Positions 47,698 through 57,285 of a stretch of DNA of 64,000 nt are shown here, one piece after another. The DNA lies in contig CAZUWR010000002.1 of NCBI GenBank assembly GCA_964624415.1, positions 12,454 to 76,453 on the forward strand, read 5' to 3'. Position numbers and translations under genes: made by a program. The notes below the pieces were generated by a model that worked only from the letters and a program-made list of their open reading frames with translations, was not told the origin of the DNA and ran no database searches. The DNA comes from an uncultured Bdellovibrionales bacterium (GTDB lineage: Bacteria; Patescibacteriota; Minisyncoccia; Moranbacterales; UBA1568). How positions within the stretch are numbered: the stretch's first letter is position 1; the number at the start of each line of letters is the position of its first letter.

Positions 47698-48624
47698 CTA
47701 GCGTGGTAATTTTCTCTTTCCGTGGAACTGTCTATAAATATCGCGCAAACCTTTGTCGACGACATGAGTATATACCTGGGTAGTGGTGATTGAGGCGTGT
47801 CCAAGCATAGCCTGCACGCTCCTGATGTCCGCTCCGTTCGAGAGAAGGTTGGTGGCGAAGCTATGGCGAAGGGTGTGGGGATGTACATCTTTGACGATGC
47901 CGGCCTTGTGGGCGTAATGCTTAACGATACGCTGTACGGTGCGCGGCGACAGGCGAAGATCATCGGAGACTGATTTTTTTCCGAAACCTTTCGCGTAGGC
48001 GATAAAGAGGGCTTCGTCGACGTCTGTTCTTTTGCGAAGATACCATTCGATAGCTTGTTTGGCGTCTTCGGAGAGGAAAATAAGACGCAATTTCGAACCC
48101 TTTCCCCGAACACTAAACTCTCCCTTTTCAAGATTGACCTGATCACGGTTAAGACTGACCAATTCAGATACCCGCAATCCCGAAGAAAATAAGAGTTCAA
48201 GGATGGCTCGATCACGAAGCGATTTGAGGCTTTTTCCAGAAGCAGCAGCGAATAATCGTTCTATCTCATCGATTTCAAGAAAATCAACCTCTCGTGTGGG
48301 ATTTTTACCAACCTCGATAGTTTCCGGCGATACAACCAAAACCCCTTGCTTGGTAAGGAATTTAAGAAAGGTGCGCAGGACGATGATGTGATGCGACTGG
48401 GAATTTTTAGCGAGCGCTTCTTTTCGTGATGCCGAGGACCGATTGAGGAAAAGGCGGTATTGTCGGATGCTTTCAGGGGTGATATCGCTTGGTTTGACAC
48501 TTTTTGACCATAGTAAAAACTGGCTTAGGCATTGGTCATAATTTTCCAGTGTCTGCGGCGAACGATTAAGCTCAATTTCCAGGTGTTCCAGGAATCGACG
48601 TTTAAAGTGATCGAGAGTATGCAT
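47698..48624 (-). CDS. XerC/XerD tyrosine recombinase
   Basis: SSGLRVSEL, GKGSK, HPHTLRHSFAT, LGHASITTTQVY. Confidence 0.92.
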   Translation of the reverse strand: MHTLDHFKRRFLEHLEIELNRSPQTLENYDQCLSQFLLWSKSVKPSDITPESIRQYRLFLNRSSASRKEALAKNSQSHHIIVLRTFLKFLTKQGVLVVSPETIEVGKNPTREVDFLEIDEIERLFAAASGKSLKSLRDRAILELLFSSGLRVSELVSLNRDQVNLEKGEFSVRGKGSKLRLIFLSEDAKQAIEWYLRKRTDVDEALFIAYAKGFGKKSVSDDLRLSPRTVQRIVKHYAHKAGIVKDVHPHTLRHSFATNLLSNGADIRSVQAMLGHASITTTQVYTHVVDKGLRDIYRQFHGKRKLPR

Positions 48625-48839
48625 AGTCCTATTGTACCATAAGCTTTATATAAGCCAAATAATGACAATATTGAACCGGGAACGATTGACAGAATGCAGA
48701 GGGTTTAGTATCATAGGAATACATAAAAATTAGGGTTTTCTCCAATGGACGCCACGTACTACACGAAGGTGTAGGTGTTCTACGGTGGAAACTTAACTGA
48801 AGGATTGATCTTATTCGTACAAATCTTCTCCATGCGACC

Positions 48840-50024
48840 TTGGGATGGCTCAAGCGCAAGCAGCAAAGGTTTAGAGCCTTCCAGACGAAGGTCTATCGCG
48901 CGCAAAGACGTCTGACGCACTATCTTAAGCAACATAAAACGCTCTATTTCCTGCATTTGTTCAGGAATTACTCGGCGCTTTCGGTTGTGGTGGGGAGCGC
49001 TTTTTTAGTGACCGGTACCAATGTTTCAGCCACGAATGATGCGAATGGCTTTTTATCCGGATATTTTCAGAATGAATCGGCCGCTACGAAACATAAGATA
49101 GCCGCGCAAGCGAGTAAAAAGGACAGCTTATCCATGGTACCTTTGGCGAGCGCTTCAACAAAAGTGGATCCGGATGCTCAGGATGCCGTGCTTTCTGTGG
49201 CGGATATGTCGACGGGTATGTCAAATAGTCGCATTGTGGCGACTTCTGCTGGTATGATGAAAGATCCGGAGGAAGATGGCGGTGTGACCATGTATACCGT
49301 TAAAGAGGGGGATACGGTGAGTGGTATTGCTGCCAAAAACTTTATTACGGTCAATACGATTTTGTGGGCGAATGATTTGGACAACGTTGATGCTATCAAA
49401 CCGGGAGATCAGATATTTATTCTGCCGGTAGCTGGCGTGACACATATCGTGCAGAATGGCGAAACCATCGATTCAATCGCGCAGAAGTATCATGCCGACA
49501 AGGATCGAATTATCGCTTTCAATGAATTGCCGGCAACAGGTGAAGTGAAAACCGATCAGGAAATCGTTATTCCTGATGGCCAAAAAGAAACATCCAAACC
49601 AACTGCTACTCCAGACACTTCCGATACGCTTCGCCGCCAGTATGCCACATCGGCAGGGGCTGGTGCAGTGACCGATATTTCTTCCGGATGGAAAAAACTT
49701 GAAGGCAAAGCAGGTGCAGGACATCGTTTCCCTTACGGATACTGTACCTGGTATGTAGCGCAAAAGCGTTATGTCCCATGGAGCGGCAACGCAGGAACGT
49801 GGTTGTATAATGCGAAAGCGCAAGGATATAGGACAGGAAAGACACCATCAGTCGGAGCTATCGTAGTGACAACGGATAGTCCATACTACGGACACGTTGC
49901 TTTGGTGGAAAGTGTGAGCGGCGGCTCTATCACCGTAAGCGAAATGAACTTTAAGGGTTGGGGCAAGGTGGATCGTCGCGTGATTTCAACCGCGAGCCGA
50001 TCAATCAAGGGATATGTGTACTAA
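48840..50024 (+). CDS. LysM + CHAP peptidoglycan hydrolase
   Basis: two LysM repeats; GYCTWYV, WSGNAGTW, GHVALVE, VSEMN; start uncertain. Confidence 0.9.
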   Translation: MGWLKRKQQRFRAFQTKVYRAQRRLTHYLKQHKTLYFLHLFRNYSALSVVVGSAFLVTGTNVSATNDANGFLSGYFQNESAATKHKIAAQASKKDSLSMVPLASASTKVDPDAQDAVLSVADMSTGMSNSRIVATSAGMMKDPEEDGGVTMYTVKEGDTVSGIAAKNFITVNTILWANDLDNVDAIKPGDQIFILPVAGVTHIVQNGETIDSIAQKYHADKDRIIAFNELPATGEVKTDQEIVIPDGQKETSKPTATPDTSDTLRRQYATSAGAGAVTDISSGWKKLEGKAGAGHRFPYGYCTWYVAQKRYVPWSGNAGTWLYNAKAQGYRTGKTPSVGAIVVTTDSPYYGHVALVESVSGGSITVSEMNFKGWGKVDRRVISTASRSIKGYVY

Positions 50025-50150
50025 TAATAAAAACTGAAGAAAAGAAGAGCAGGCAGCAAGCTTGCTCTTCTTTTGTTGCACTTATTTTTTATGGTATACT
50101 GAAACAGTGCTAGGTTCTTAGTCATTAGCAAAGCGACCGTGCTTTCAAAA

Positions 50151-52238
50151 ATGAAAATACAATTGGGATTTCCCCGTCTTTTTCCTCGTCGTACAAGCGT
50201 TTTTTTGACGTTTCTTTTTGCGTTTATATTTTTTTCTTCTTCTATTTCTCCAGCTCAAGCTGTTTGTACAACTCAGGCGGGTTGTGCAGTTGATAAGATT
50301 CTTACGGGTATAGGTGGAACAGTCATTAGTGGGGCATCAAGCGTGGCTAGCTCAGCGTCAGATTCATTCCTTAAACCATTCGCTCTCGGGTTGCTCGGAT
50401 TTGAAGCTGGACTCGCCAATGCTGCTGCCGGACTTTTCGCTTTTATGCTTGATCCGGTCGCTTTTTCCGATATCATGAACAACGGAGTGTTTTATGAAAT
50501 ATGGAAAATCGTACGCGATACCATGAACATGCTCTTTATTCTTGTGCTGCTCTTCTCTGCTTTTGCTACTATCTACCAAATAGATCGGTACAAGTATAAT
50601 AAAATCCTGTGGATGGTGGTTCTGATGGCGCTTTTGGTTAATTTCAGTTGGCCGATAGCACGGACCATCGTGGATTTTTTCAATAGCATGATGTACTTTT
50701 TTGTTCAGTCTGTCTTCCAAACCAATGGACCGGCAGCAGCTAATGGTATCTTAGGTGGTGCAGATCTGAAAAATATCTTCTTACCCAACAATGGCGCTGG
50801 CGCTGAGTGGCCGCAAATCATCCTCGCGGTTGTGACGATGGCTATTTTTGCTATTACACTTCTCGTGCTTTCCTTGATGATGCTGATTCGATTGGTAGCT
50901 TTGCCGGTATTAGTCATGTTTTCACCGCTCGGGTTTGCTGGTATGGCGGCTCCTTTCACACACAGTTATGCGAAAAAGTGGTGGGATAAGCTTTTTCAAT
51001 ACGCTTCTTTCGGACCGATAGCGGTATTTATGGTATTGGCAAGCATTCGCATCCTGGGTGCAATGGGTGATTGGAAATTACATATGGGAGTGACTGTGCA
51101 AAAAATGAGTGCATCAACAGGAGTTTTGTCACCAGAAAGTCTTCAGACATTGATTTTTTTCGCCATCCCGATCATTCTTATGTGGATGGCTATCACATCA
51201 GCGCGAAGTATGAGTAATCAGCTCTCTTCCGAAGCGACAAAATATGGAACAACCTTTGGCAAGTGGGCTGGTCGTCAGCCATGGCGAGCGACGAAGGGGG
51301 TTTTGCGCTGGACGGGTGCTTCCGGTGGTATTGAAGAAGCCTGGAAAAACAGACGGGGATTGTTTGGCGCTGACTCAAGACGCGCCACTGAAGCACGGGC
51401 AAACCGATTGGCCGGGCTTATCGGCGGGGGCACGTCCGGTTTCAAAAATGCCGGATACGAAAACTTTGAAAAACGAGTCGCTGCCGAGCAAGAAGCGCTC
51501 AAGAAATTTGGTAATGCTTCAAAAGCGAAAGGCCTGCTCAATAGCGGTAATGCAGAACAGAAAAAAGCGGCCGCCTTGTATCTTGCCGAGAAAGAAATGC
51601 TTACCAATGCAGAAGACTTGCAAAATGCTTTGCGCGCTGTCGGTACAGATTTTTCTGCGGCACGCAATATCATTAGCAAGGCTCCAAAGTCATCACTTAC
51701 CAATGCTAATGATTTGAGCAAGTCGCTGAAAATCTTAAATGACAACGGCCACCAAAGACTCTTGGGTGAAACTATATTGAAGGCGGAGAAAGGTGCTTTA
51801 GGCACGAATTACACCGAGTATGGTTCCGTGCTGGCTCAATTATCAGCCAGAGATGCTAATGGTAATATAAGGAAAGATGCTTCCGGTAAGGCGATAGTGG
51901 ATGCGGAATTGGAAAAAGCCTATAATAGGCGATTGACCGCAGAAGGCCAGACTCATATTCGAGTAGATACATCAAGCTGGACACCTCAGACAAGTAATGC
52001 TGTCAAAAATGCCGCTTACGGAGAAGTTTTTGATAAGATAAATACTGAAGATTTAGTAAAACAAAATAAAGATGATCTTTTGAAAAATCCTAATTTCATA
52101 GCTTATCTAAAGAGTAGAACTGATGCAAATAAAGAATATAAGAAACAGCTTCTTGCGTCTGCTGGAAGACAGAGCGATAGCTCGGTGATGAGTGCTTGGT
52201 CAGCTGGTGGTATTTCTAATACCTCATCAACACCATAA
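50151..52238 (+). CDS. TrbL/VirB6-like polytopic membrane protein
   Basis: WKIVRDTMN, LLVNFS, SPLGF, WWDK; T4SS-like context. Confidence 0.7.
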   Translation: MKIQLGFPRLFPRRTSVFLTFLFAFIFFSSSISPAQAVCTTQAGCAVDKILTGIGGTVISGASSVASSASDSFLKPFALGLLGFEAGLANAAAGLFAFMLDPVAFSDIMNNGVFYEIWKIVRDTMNMLFILVLLFSAFATIYQIDRYKYNKILWMVVLMALLVNFSWPIARTIVDFFNSMMYFFVQSVFQTNGPAAANGILGGADLKNIFLPNNGAGAEWPQIILAVVTMAIFAITLLVLSLMMLIRLVALPVLVMFSPLGFAGMAAPFTHSYAKKWWDKLFQYASFGPIAVFMVLASIRILGAMGDWKLHMGVTVQKMSASTGVLSPESLQTLIFFAIPIILMWMAITSARSMSNQLSSEATKYGTTFGKWAGRQPWRATKGVLRWTGASGGIEEAWKNRRGLFGADSRRATEARANRLAGLIGGGTSGFKNAGYENFEKRVAAEQEALKKFGNASKAKGLLNSGNAEQKKAAALYLAEKEMLTNAEDLQNALRAVGTDFSAARNIISKAPKSSLTNANDLSKSLKILNDNGHQRLLGETILKAEKGALGTNYTEYGSVLAQLSARDANGNIRKDASGKAIVDAELEKAYNRRLTAEGQTHIRVDTSSWTPQTSNAVKNAAYGEVFDKINTEDLVKQNKDDLLKNPNFIAYLKSRTDANKEYKKQLLASAGRQSDSSVMSAWSAGGISNTSSTP

Positions 52239-52311
52239 ACCATTTTTCGTTTCAAGCCAGCAACATAATTATCCTCATAATCCATAAACCTTTTCTTGTA
52301 TTAGTATACGT

Positions 52312-53607
52312 ATGGAAACATCCAATAATCAAGAATTACTTTTCGATCCACTTCTTGCGCCGATTCATCCGAACGGCACTCCTTTGACAGAGCAGGAAGC
52401 TATCGATATATGGCTGTATTTGAAGCAGGTTTCCGAGGAAACCTATCAACTACTCTCCTCTTCCCTTATAGATGAGGCTTTGCATCGCATGCAGCAAACG
52501 CTTGGGTTTACGGACGAGGTGATGATAAGGATGGCATCGCTTTTGCGGATGATGTATTTTGGTAAGATTACTTTTGAACAATTCCCGGAGTTATTGCAGA
52601 AGGAAGTGGGTATTCCTCAGGATAAGGTTGCCGTGACAGTGAATTTCATACAGGCAGAAGTACTGTCACTTAAAGCGATACCGAAACAGCCTGAGGTGGC
52701 GGAGGATGTTGTCCAAACACAAATGCAAACCACCGCAATAATGCTGCTTGATGCTCTGGCAAAATACCCTCGTATCAACGACCAACAGATTACCACTGAT
52801 CGCATCAAAATACGTAGCGAGAGAGAATCCGTGCGCGGGACGGTACGCAATTGGCTCAGGGCTTATCGTGATAGTGTCGGTGTGCGCCAGCATAGTGCTA
52901 TCGAACGCGGGCAATTCCTGTTCCAATCTGAGAATGCCAAAGGTCTCTCCGCTCAAGAACGCGAGAAGGTGGCTGCGCTCTTGAAATCGCTTGATGATCG
53001 CGAGGCGCTCGCTATCGATGTTCAAAGACAGGAGATAGTGTTTCCAGTATTCATACCATCGCAAACTACCACTGCGCCGCCATCAGCACTGGCGCAACCA
53101 CCAGCATTCGTCGCCGATTCATTTGTAACTGAACAGAAACCGGAGTTTGTACCTGAAATGCAACCGGTAATCGCGCCGCAAAATAACGGACAAGTAGCAG
53201 GTTCTTTTCCTCAGGCGCCGCAACCGACGACATTCAATTTTTCACAAGCCCTGCCTGATCCCCTCCATCCTTCCGTATTAAATCCTCAAACGCTTCAATC
53301 AACACCTCCGGTATCGACTGAGAAATACAATCTTACTCCTGAAGCATCAAGTCCTCTCATACCACTGAATCCGGCTGATGAGAAAGCGTTTCATTTTTCG
53401 TCGGGACACATCTTGCCAGCAGAGAAGCAATCTCCTGAAAACCCGGTCATTCCATCAAAAACACCTTCGCCGCCGTCATCATTCGGGTTAGGATATAATC
53501 CCGGTACGCCGTTTCGCTCATCGCCACAAATAACTGGTCAGAAAAAAGAAGTTTGGGAGATTCCTTCCGGATTACAGAATGTGGTGGATCTGCGAGCAAA
53601 GGAATAA
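52312..53607 (+). CDS. hypothetical protein of the T4SS-like locus, Pro-rich tail ending VVDLR
   Basis: TVRNWLRAY motif; operon context. Confidence 0.7.
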   Translation: METSNNQELLFDPLLAPIHPNGTPLTEQEAIDIWLYLKQVSEETYQLLSSSLIDEALHRMQQTLGFTDEVMIRMASLLRMMYFGKITFEQFPELLQKEVGIPQDKVAVTVNFIQAEVLSLKAIPKQPEVAEDVVQTQMQTTAIMLLDALAKYPRINDQQITTDRIKIRSERESVRGTVRNWLRAYRDSVGVRQHSAIERGQFLFQSENAKGLSAQEREKVAALLKSLDDREALAIDVQRQEIVFPVFIPSQTTTAPPSALAQPPAFVADSFVTEQKPEFVPEMQPVIAPQNNGQVAGSFPQAPQPTTFNFSQALPDPLHPSVLNPQTLQSTPPVSTEKYNLTPEASSPLIPLNPADEKAFHFSSGHILPAEKQSPENPVIPSKTPSPPSSFGLGYNPGTPFRSSPQITGQKKEVWEIPSGLQNVVDLRAKE

Positions 53608-53647
53608 AGGTATGGTATACTAAGAAGGTAAAAATCTATATTGTTGT

Positions 53648-54046
53648 ATGTTATTCAATGTTCCACAGTACATCGATGTCGAAGATAAAGTGGCAGGACC
53701 GCTGACCGCTAAGCAGTTACTGTGGATGATCGGTATGGGGGCCGCACTGATGTTTTTGTGGAGCATGCTCAATACGGGCGCTTTTTTTGCTGCAGCAATC
53801 CCGGTAGTGTGCGCATTCGTGGCCCTCGCTTTTTACCGGCCTTATAATCAACCCTTAGCTATGTTCATAGCCAATGCATTACTCTTTATGATCCGGCCGA
53901 AAATTTATGTCTGGGAGCGTCCTACCAAGAGGACGCCTCAGCGAAAGGAAAAAAATCCTGTGATGGGAGAGATAGTTGTCAATAAACAAGTAACGGTCGA
54001 AGAAGTGAACCGGCTCGCAAAAATAGTCGATAGTCAGAGACATTGA
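53648..54046 (+). CDS. PrgI family protein (VirB3-like)
   Basis: VPQYIDVEDKVAGPLTAKQ, two TM helices, PKIYVW. Confidence 0.9.
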   Translation: MLFNVPQYIDVEDKVAGPLTAKQLLWMIGMGAALMFLWSMLNTGAFFAAAIPVVCAFVALAFYRPYNQPLAMFIANALLFMIRPKIYVWERPTKRTPQRKEKNPVMGEIVVNKQVTVEEVNRLAKIVDSQRH

Positions 54047-54056
54047 ACAGTTTTTT

Positions 54057-54737
54057 ATGGAAAATTCTCAACAAAAAAAGAAATCGGCTAGCACGCAGCA
54101 ATACGTCGATGTGCGCGAGGTACGAGATGGCGTGATTGTGCTTAAGAACGGCGCACTCCGAGCTATTTTATTGGTGTCTTCTTTGAATTTCGATCTGAAG
54201 TCAACTGAAGAGCAAGACGCTATTATTTCGCAGTATCAAAGCTTTCTAAATTCCTTGGACTTTCCGGTGCAGGTGCTTATTCATTCGAGAAGGTTTAATA
54301 TAGAGCCCTATCTTCAATTACTCAAGGAAAAAGAAGAGGAACAGACGAATGAATTGTTGCGCCTCCAGATTTCAGAGTATCAGCATTTTATTAAAAATCT
54401 GACGGAAGTATCCGATATCATGTCGAAATACTTTTATGTCATCGTACCTTTTGCTTCTATTGAAGATAAGCAAAGTGGTTTGCTTGAAAAATTGAGCAAT
54501 ATGATAAATCCGAAAGAGGCTATTCATGAGCGACGCGAACTTTTTGAAACATACAAAAATCAGCTATGGCAAAGGGTTGATCATGTGAGTATCGGCCTTT
54601 CGGGTACAGGAGTAAAGGTAGCGGCGCTCAATACGGAAGAAATCATAGAACTTCTCTATAATACCTATAATCCATCACTGTTCTCGACGACCCTGACAAA
54701 AAATATCAAGGATATCGAACTGAATACGGCGATTTGA
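54057..54737 (+). CDS. conserved T4SS-like locus protein (VirB4 N-terminal-like)
   Basis: STQQY, NFDLKS, FLNSLDFPVQ, YNP. Confidence 0.75.
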   Translation: MENSQQKKKSASTQQYVDVREVRDGVIVLKNGALRAILLVSSLNFDLKSTEEQDAIISQYQSFLNSLDFPVQVLIHSRRFNIEPYLQLLKEKEEEQTNELLRLQISEYQHFIKNLTEVSDIMSKYFYVIVPFASIEDKQSGLLEKLSNMINPKEAIHERRELFETYKNQLWQRVDHVSIGLSGTGVKVAALNTEEIIELLYNTYNPSLFSTTLTKNIKDIELNTAI

Positions 54738-54774
54738 TGAGCAATAGGTGAATATATACAATAAAAAGCATCGT

Positions 54775-56595
54775 ATGGCATTTTTTTCCAAAAAACAAGA
54801 ACAACAGGATGAATTCCTGGCGAGCGAAGAACTCTATCAAAGAGGTGTTGCGACGATACGCGACCTTATCGCGCCTTCAGCTATCAAATTGAGCTCCAAC
54901 TTCATGCAGATAGGAGAGACGATGGCTCGGACGCATTTCGTGGTAGCTTACCCGCGATACCTCAATACGAACTGGTTTTCACCGATTGTGAATCTGGACT
55001 TTCCTCTCGATATTTCGATGATGATTCACCCTATCGATACGCGGGAAATCTTAAAAAACCTCCGAAAATCGGTAACGCAAGTGCAGTCTCAGATTCATAT
55101 TGAGGAGGAAGGCGGCAAGGTACGTGATCCGATTCTCGAGACAGCTCTCAAAGATATCGAAGAATTGCGCGACAAACTTCAGCAGGGAACGGAGAAGTTT
55201 TTCCGGTTTGGTTTGTATATCACGCTGTATGCGCAGTCGTTGGAGGATTTGAACCGCATGAGTCAGGCAGTTGAGGCGATTTTGGAATCACAACTGGTCT
55301 ATATTAAGCCGGCAGTATTGCGTATGGAGCAGGGGTTTACTTCGACGCGACCCTTGATGAACGATGTGCTCGATATTGCAAACAACCTCAATACAGCACC
55401 ATTATCCACCACTTTTCCATTCGTTTCGGCGGATCTCTCATCGAATGAGGGAATATTGTATGGCATCAATCGTCACAACAATAGCTTGATTCTGTTTGAT
55501 CGTTTCAAATTGGAAAATGCCAATATGGTGGTATTCGCCAAATCCGGTGCCGGAAAAAGCTATACCGTCAAACTCGAAGTGCTCCGTTCGATGATGCTCG
55601 GTTCGAGCGTGATCATTATCGATCCTGAAAACGAATACCGCCACCTGTGTGAGATGGTGGGCGGATCCTTTATTGATATCAAGCTGGGCACGAATTTCCA
55701 TCTCAATCCTTTTGATCTACCGCGTGTCGGCGAGGACGAAGATCTTACAGCGGTGCTGCGCAATACTATCGCCGGGCTTATCGGGTTGATTCATTTGATG
55801 CTTGGCAATCTCACACCGGAAGAAGATTCGATTCTCGACCGTGCTCTTCGGGAAACCTACGCTATTCGTGACATTACTCCTACGGGGCGTTTCCGCGACA
55901 TACCATCCAACGCTTTTCCGACCATGCTCGATTTGTATGAAGTCTTGAAAAATATGGAGGGTGCAGAATCTTTGGCTGCGCGTCTCGAGAAATACACCGA
56001 GGGCATCTTTTCGGGATTTTTGAGTAATCATACTAACGTATCCTTGCGCGAGCAGTTAGTCGTATTTAATATCCGCGATTTGGAAGAAGAATTGCGTCCT
56101 ATCGCGATGTATATTATCTTGCAATTCATTTGGAATGAGATGCGATCAGAGCTTAAAAAACGGATTGTGGTGGTGGATGAGGCGTGGGTGATGATGCAGC
56201 ACGAAGACGCGGCTTCATTTCTGTATGGCATAGCCAAGCGTTGCCGAAAGTACTATACGGGATTGACGACTATCACTCAAGACATCGGGGATTTTATGCA
56301 TTCGCGCTATGGCAAGCCTATTTTGACAAACTCTTCGCTCCAGCTCCTGCTGAGGCAATCACCAGCATCTATTGAATTGGTTGCGGAGACATTTTTCCTT
56401 ACTGACCACGAAAAATTCCTGCTTTTGGAAAGCAATGTGGGCGAGGGGATTTTCTTTGCCGGTACCAAACATGTCGCTATCAAGGTTATTGCCTCCTATA
56501 GTGAGGACCAGATTATCACCTCTGATCCGCGACAACTCTTGGAAATCGAGCAAGCGAAACAGGATTTCGAACAAGAAAATAAGGAGAATGTTTAA
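54775..56595 (+). CDS. VirB4/TraE-like ATPase
   Basis: AKSGAGKS, IDPENEY, VVDEAW, RCRKY, ITQD. Confidence 0.92.
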   Translation: MAFFSKKQEQQDEFLASEELYQRGVATIRDLIAPSAIKLSSNFMQIGETMARTHFVVAYPRYLNTNWFSPIVNLDFPLDISMMIHPIDTREILKNLRKSVTQVQSQIHIEEEGGKVRDPILETALKDIEELRDKLQQGTEKFFRFGLYITLYAQSLEDLNRMSQAVEAILESQLVYIKPAVLRMEQGFTSTRPLMNDVLDIANNLNTAPLSTTFPFVSADLSSNEGILYGINRHNNSLILFDRFKLENANMVVFAKSGAGKSYTVKLEVLRSMMLGSSVIIIDPENEYRHLCEMVGGSFIDIKLGTNFHLNPFDLPRVGEDEDLTAVLRNTIAGLIGLIHLMLGNLTPEEDSILDRALRETYAIRDITPTGRFRDIPSNAFPTMLDLYEVLKNMEGAESLAARLEKYTEGIFSGFLSNHTNVSLREQLVVFNIRDLEEELRPIAMYIILQFIWNEMRSELKKRIVVVDEAWVMMQHEDAASFLYGIAKRCRKYYTGLTTITQDIGDFMHSRYGKPILTNSSLQLLLRQSPASIELVAETFFLTDHEKFLLLESNVGEGIFFAGTKHVAIKVIASYSEDQIITSDPRQLLEIEQAKQDFEQENKENV

Positions 56596-56606
56596 GCGCT
56601 CCCTGT

Positions 56607-57251
56607 ATGAATATATCGCACAAGCAAAAACAATTTTGGATGAGCAATGTCGTCATTGTGATAAGCCTATTAGGAGCTGTCTTATTTCCTGCCGCTGATG
56701 CTATTCAGTCGATTATTATAAGTATAGCTTTTCTCATCGTCCTTCCTTTGCTATTCACATATTTATTTTTGAAAGAAAGACTCCCTTTTCTCGGTCTTTC
56801 TTGGGGAAATGTGACGCAGGGTAGCTTGTGGTTAGCGACATTTCTGTCTCTTGAGGTGTTTTCGTTAATCGGATTGATTCGTTATACGGACGCATTGAGC
56901 CGCTTCGATATGCCGCTCGCTGTTCGTTTGAGTTTCCCGTTGTTTATACTCTTTATTGTGGTTGTCGGTATATATGTATTCATGGCTGAATTTTTTTTCC
57001 GAGGATTCGTATTTTCCGTATGGCAAAAAAATATCGGTACCAAGGCTTTGTTCGCCCAAACTACCGTGTATCTCATTTTTTTGGTAGCGTTGTCTCACTG
57101 GAAAATAGGCGCATCTTTTCTTGTTGTTGGTATCATGGCTCTTCTTTCAGGATTTCTCGTTATCCGTTCCCGATCGATAGTGTATTCATTTTTATTTTCA
57201 TATATCTCTGTTATACTAGGGATAGTGAGTATTATTTTTTTCGTAAAATAA
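56607..57251 (+). CDS. CPBP/CAAX-protease-like membrane protein
   Basis: AEFFFRGF (degenerate EExxFRG), multiple TM helices. Confidence 0.6.
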   Translation: MNISHKQKQFWMSNVVIVISLLGAVLFPAADAIQSIIISIAFLIVLPLLFTYLFLKERLPFLGLSWGNVTQGSLWLATFLSLEVFSLIGLIRYTDALSRFDMPLAVRLSFPLFILFIVVVGIYVFMAEFFFRGFVFSVWQKNIGTKALFAQTTVYLIFLVALSHWKIGASFLVVGIMALLSGFLVIRSRSIVYSFLFSYISVILGIVSIIFFVK

Positions 57252-57285
57252 ATTAGAAAAAGCCGGAGTAAAAGATACATCGTTT

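Noticed and set aside
47698-48624. Tyrosine recombinase as integrase of an ICE containing the T4SS-like genes
   Set aside because: Looks like housekeeping XerC/D; no att repeats or composition shift seen
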